Shown here: one piece after another, positions 59,915 to 64,000 of the stretch
How the letters are laid out: every line of letters starts with the position of its first letter
Numbering within the stretch: the first letter of the stretch is position 1
Translations under genes and position numbers: made by a program
From: Eledone cirrhosa
Taxonomy: Eukaryota
Assembly (NCBI GenBank): GCA_964016885.1
Contig: OZ024749.1
Span: 13,702,001-13,766,000, forward strand
Direction: 5' to 3'
DNA: 64,000 nucleotides
Notes under the pieces: generated by a model
Database searches by the model: none
Told to the model about the DNA's origin: nothing
The model's input: the letters and a program-made list of their open reading frames with translations, nothing else

Positions 59915-60730
59915 AACACCCTTACCTCTACCTGCATGTGTGCACCACATAATATACATGGTGCACCCTGACCTTACCGCAAGGCCACGCACCTCTACCT
60001 GCATGCGTGCACCACATAAAAGACATTGGTGCACCCTGACCTTACCGCAAGGCCACGCACCTCTATCTGCATATGTGCACCACAACAATATACAATACAA
60101 TGGTGCACACTGACCTTACCGCAAGGCCACGCACCTCTACCTGCATATGTGCACCACATCAATATACAGTGGTGCACCCTGACCTTACCGGAAGGCCACG
60201 CAGCTCTACCTGCATATGTGCACCACATCAATATACAATGGTGCACCCTGACCTTACCGGAAGGCCACGCAGCTCTACCTGCGTATGTGCACCACAACAA
60301 TATACAATGGTGCACCCTGACCTTACCGGAAGGCCACGCAGCTCTACCTGCATATGTGCACCACATCAATATACAATGGTGCACCCTGACCTTACCGGAA
60401 GGCCACGCAGCTCTACCTGCGTATGTGCACCACAACAATATACAATGGTGCACCCTGACCTTACCGGAAGGCCACGCAGCTCTACCTGCGTATGTGCACC
60501 ACAACAATATACAATGGTACAACCTGACCTTACCGGAAGGCCACGCACCTCTACCTGCATATGTGCACCACATCAATATACAGTGGTGCACCCTGACCTT
60601 ACCGGAAGGCCACGCACCTCTACCTGCATATGTGCACCACATCAATATACAGTAGTACACCCCGACCTCACCACTAAGCCACGTGCCTCCCCTGCATATG
60701 TACACCACATCAATATGCAGTGGTACACCT
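59915..60730. repeat. 69-bp minisatellite (~12 units)
   Basis: GGTGCACCCTGACCTTACC at 60171, 60240, 60309, 60378, 60447. Confidence 0.9.
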
Positions 60731-60942
60731 GATGTATTGCACTGTATTTTTCAAGTAGCATTTGATTACCAGACCTTCCCATACTGTGTCATGTGTAGTT
60801 CTTTGTGTTGAGTATAATATAATCAAGTTTGTGTCTGGTTTACGAATTACTTGATGACTAATTAGACCAGACTTGAAATACATAGAGACACACATACATA
60901 GATAGACACACACATGCGCAGACGGACAGATACACACGCACG

Positions 60943-61027
<85 letters not shown>

Positions 61028-61046
61028 ATGTATATATACAGACAAC

Positions 61047-61098
<52 letters not shown>

Positions 61099-61126
61099 TA
61101 TGTGTATGTGTATGTATTTTTCTATT

Positions 61127-62211
61127 CTAGAGAGGGTAAAATTCCCGAGATCCATGGACGAGTTCTCTCCAACGGTCTCTGTCCCTCATTATCGCTGCCA
61201 TGTCCTGCGTCTCCAACAGACCAGTGTCTGTCCTTAGGGCATCAACATACGTTAACCTTGGTCTTCCTCTTCCAGTGTGTCCTTGTTGGGGCTCCCACAG
61301 GAGCACTGAGGGCAATGTCAACTCTGGATGTCGGTGAGCATGTCCAGCCAACCTCAGTCTCCTCTGTGTCACTTTTGAGCTGACTTTTGGGATGCTCCCA
61401 TACAGCTCTGAGTTTTTCATCCTCAGTGTGTACTGATTGGTGTTCAGAACCATCCTCAGCATTCTCGTGTAGCACCCATCCACCATCTGAGTGAGTTTCT
61501 TGGTCAGTGTCCGAGTCTCAGACCCATACAGCAGCACAGACTCCACCACAGCAATGAAGAGGCGGATTTTCAGGTCTTTACGAAGGTCCGACTTCCACAC
61601 CGATCTCAAGCTGTGGCACGCCGCCCAGGCTTTGCTCTTCCTCTCAACCACATCATCTTCCGTATTCCCAATCTTTGCTCCCAAATACAGGAAGTCCTCA
61701 ACCAATTCTAGCGGCTTCCCGCCTACATTAGTGATCCCCTCTGGCCTCTCAACATTCTCTACCAGATATTTTGTTTGTCTCATTCATTCTCAGCCCTACA
61801 CTCATCGACACAGTCTCAACCTCCTGCATCAAATCCTCTGCCTCCTTCACTGTATTTGTCACCAAAACTATGTCGTCGGCAAATTCAGCATCCGATATCT
61901 TTTTCGCCTTAACTCTCCTGCTCTGATTCTGTGGACCGTCACTGCCTGATGAAGATCTTACAGGCTTATGGAATCCCCAAGAAGATAGTGGACCTGATAT
62001 CACTGCTCTACACCAACACCAAAGCCCAAGTCATTACATCTGATAGGATGACAGAGTTCTTTGAGATACTGGCTGGAGTGCTCCAGGGAGATACATTGGC
62101 TTCCTACCTTTTTATCATCGTAGTGGACTATTGAATGCGCCTTGGACTGGAGAAAGACCAGGACTCTGGCTTTACTGTAGCACCGGCTCAGAGCAGGAGA
62201 GTTAAGGCGAA
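61127..62211 (-). mobile_element. RTE-like LINE, 5'-truncated with inverted 5' segment
   Basis: Minus 61127-61925: EFADD, FLYLG, LLYGSET, RRLRLAGH; plus ~61940-62211: GVLQGDTLASYLF; frameshift and stop present. Confidence 0.8.
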
Positions 62212-62241
62212 CATATATATATTTTCGATGGAATGCTTGGC

Positions 62242-62287
<46 letters not shown>

Positions 62288-62600
62288 GCCAAGCATTCCA
62301 TCCAACGTTCTAACGACTCTGCCAATTTGTCGCCTAACTAAATATATAAACTGTATTTATTACCTCTATATACGTACGTCATAAAAAAAAAGGTTTTGCG
62401 ATCCTATTTTCTCAGATAAGCAACATATTAATTGTTTCTACTGTTGGCACAAGGCCAGCAATTATCCCAGTGTATTGACCAATAGGCCGAGCTGGGTTAA
62501 TATATGTATATATATTAATGTTCTACTCAATTGAGGTAGGACTTATAAACCTTAAAATACACACATATTCCATATAGGGACGAATACATGTACTTTCTAA

Positions 62601-63041
62601 TAAACAAATAAAAGTCCAGCAATTTGGGAAAAGGTAAAAGTCGATTATAACGACTCCATTATTTAACTGGTACTTTATGTTATCAACATCTAAAACGATG
62701 AATGACAAAGTTGACCTTATAGCATTTGAACTGAGAACGTAGGGGCCGAAACTAAATGCCACAACGCATTTTGTTCGATACTCTAACAATTCGGTCAACC
62801 CACTGACCAGACAAGAGAAATAATGGTTTCTTATATAGGCACAAGGCCAGCAATTTTAAGGGAAGGGAAAGTCGATTAAATCGACCCCAGTACGTTACTG
62901 GTGCTTTATTTTCTCGTCCCCGAAAAGATGAAAGGCAAAGCTAACCTCGGTGGAATTCGAACTCGGAACGCAAAGGGCCGCAACTCTATGCCACAACGCT
63001 TGTTGTCTGACGCTCTACCCATTACTGCCAATCCTCCGTCC
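62601..63041 (-). mobile_element. Two SINE family 1 copies (~62601-62803 degenerate, ~62822-63041)
   Basis: Reverse-strand core GATGAAAGGCAAAG..AACCTCGG..GGAATTCGAACTC. Confidence 0.7.
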
Positions 63042-63147
63042 TAAACCATGAGAAATATTAATTATACATGTATGAAGTCTAAAATCACGTGGTTAGTCAA
63101 TTAATGACATTCCCTTTTTTGTGTTTTGTTTCCATAGAAATATTCTC

Positions 63148-64000
63148 TGGTTTCAGTCATACTGGTGCACCACATTCTTTTTTTTTTTTACTGGTTTCAG
63201 TCATTAGACTGTGGCCATACTGGTGCACCACATTCTTTTTTTTTTTTACTGGTTTCAGTCATTAGACTGTGGCCATACTGGTGCACCACATTCTTTTTTT
63301 TTTTTACTGGTTTCAGTCATTAGACTGTGGCCATACTGGTGCACCACATTCTTTTTTTTTTTTACTGGTTTCAGTCATTAGACTGTGGCCATACTGGTGC
63401 ACCACATTCTTTTATTTTTTACTGGTTTCAGTCATTAGACTGTGGCCATACTGGTGCACCACATTCTTTTATATTTTTTACTGGTTTCAGTCATTAGACT
63501 GTGGCCATACTGGTGCACCACATTCTTTTATATTTTTTACTGGTTTCAGTCATTAGACTGTGGCCATACTGGTGCACCACATTCTTTTATATTTTTTACT
63601 GGTTTCAGTCATTAGACTGTGGCCATACTGGTGCACCACATTCTTTTATTTTTTACCGGTTTCAGTAATTAGACTGTGGCCATTCTGGGGCACCACATTC
63701 TTTTATTTTTTACTGGTGTCAGTCATTAGACCGTGGCCATACTGGTGCACCACATTCTTTTATTTTTTACCGGTTTCAGTCATTAGACTGTGGCCATACT
63801 GGTGCACCACATTCTTTTATTTTTTTACTGGTTTCAGTCATTAGACTGTGGCCATACTGGGGCACCACATTCTTTTATTTTTTTACTGGTTTCAGTCATT
63901 AGACTGTGGCCATACTGGTGCACCACATTCTTTTATTTTTTACCGGTTTCAGTCATTAGACTGTGGCTATACTAGGGCACCACATTCTTTTATTTTTTTA
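63148..64000. repeat. ~58-60-bp tandem array (CTGGTTTCAGTCATTAGACTGTGGCCATACTGGTGCACCACATTC-Tn-A), continues past window end
   Basis: About 14 near-identical units differing mainly in T-run length. Confidence 0.92.

Noticed and set aside
63148-64000. CRISPR-like appearance of regular repeats (also 59915-60730, 38486-38826, 23369-23614)
   Set aside because: No unique spacers, no cas genes, eukaryotic context; these are plain tandem repeats

Overview
Eukaryotic, microsatellite-rich, apparently gene-free DNA. The repeat style suggests a coleoid cephalopod such as Octopus (inference). 1-22.4 kb is a retrotransposon pile-up in (AAT)n microsatellites. Three near-identical ~6.0-kb Tx1-clade LINEs (minus strand; CCHC ORF1 plus APE-RT-zf ORF2; period ~6.62 kb) alternate with plus-strand, 5'-truncated R4/Dong-type RT-RLE elements of two families. 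An ACCATGG on the antisense strand of the Tx1 5' end reads through (AAT)n in frame into the Dong ORF at all three junctions. 25-53 kb holds an intact-ORF Penelope-like element (RT + GIY-YIG) and about 16 type I hammerhead ribozyme motifs from ~7 sequence families. These are mostly in head-to-head inverted cassettes embedded in (TA)n, and several share a conserved hairpin downstream of the ribozyme. Also present: a mariner-derived MITE, RTE-like LINE fragments (one with a twin-priming inversion), two tRNA-derived SINE families, minisatellites and long simple repeats.
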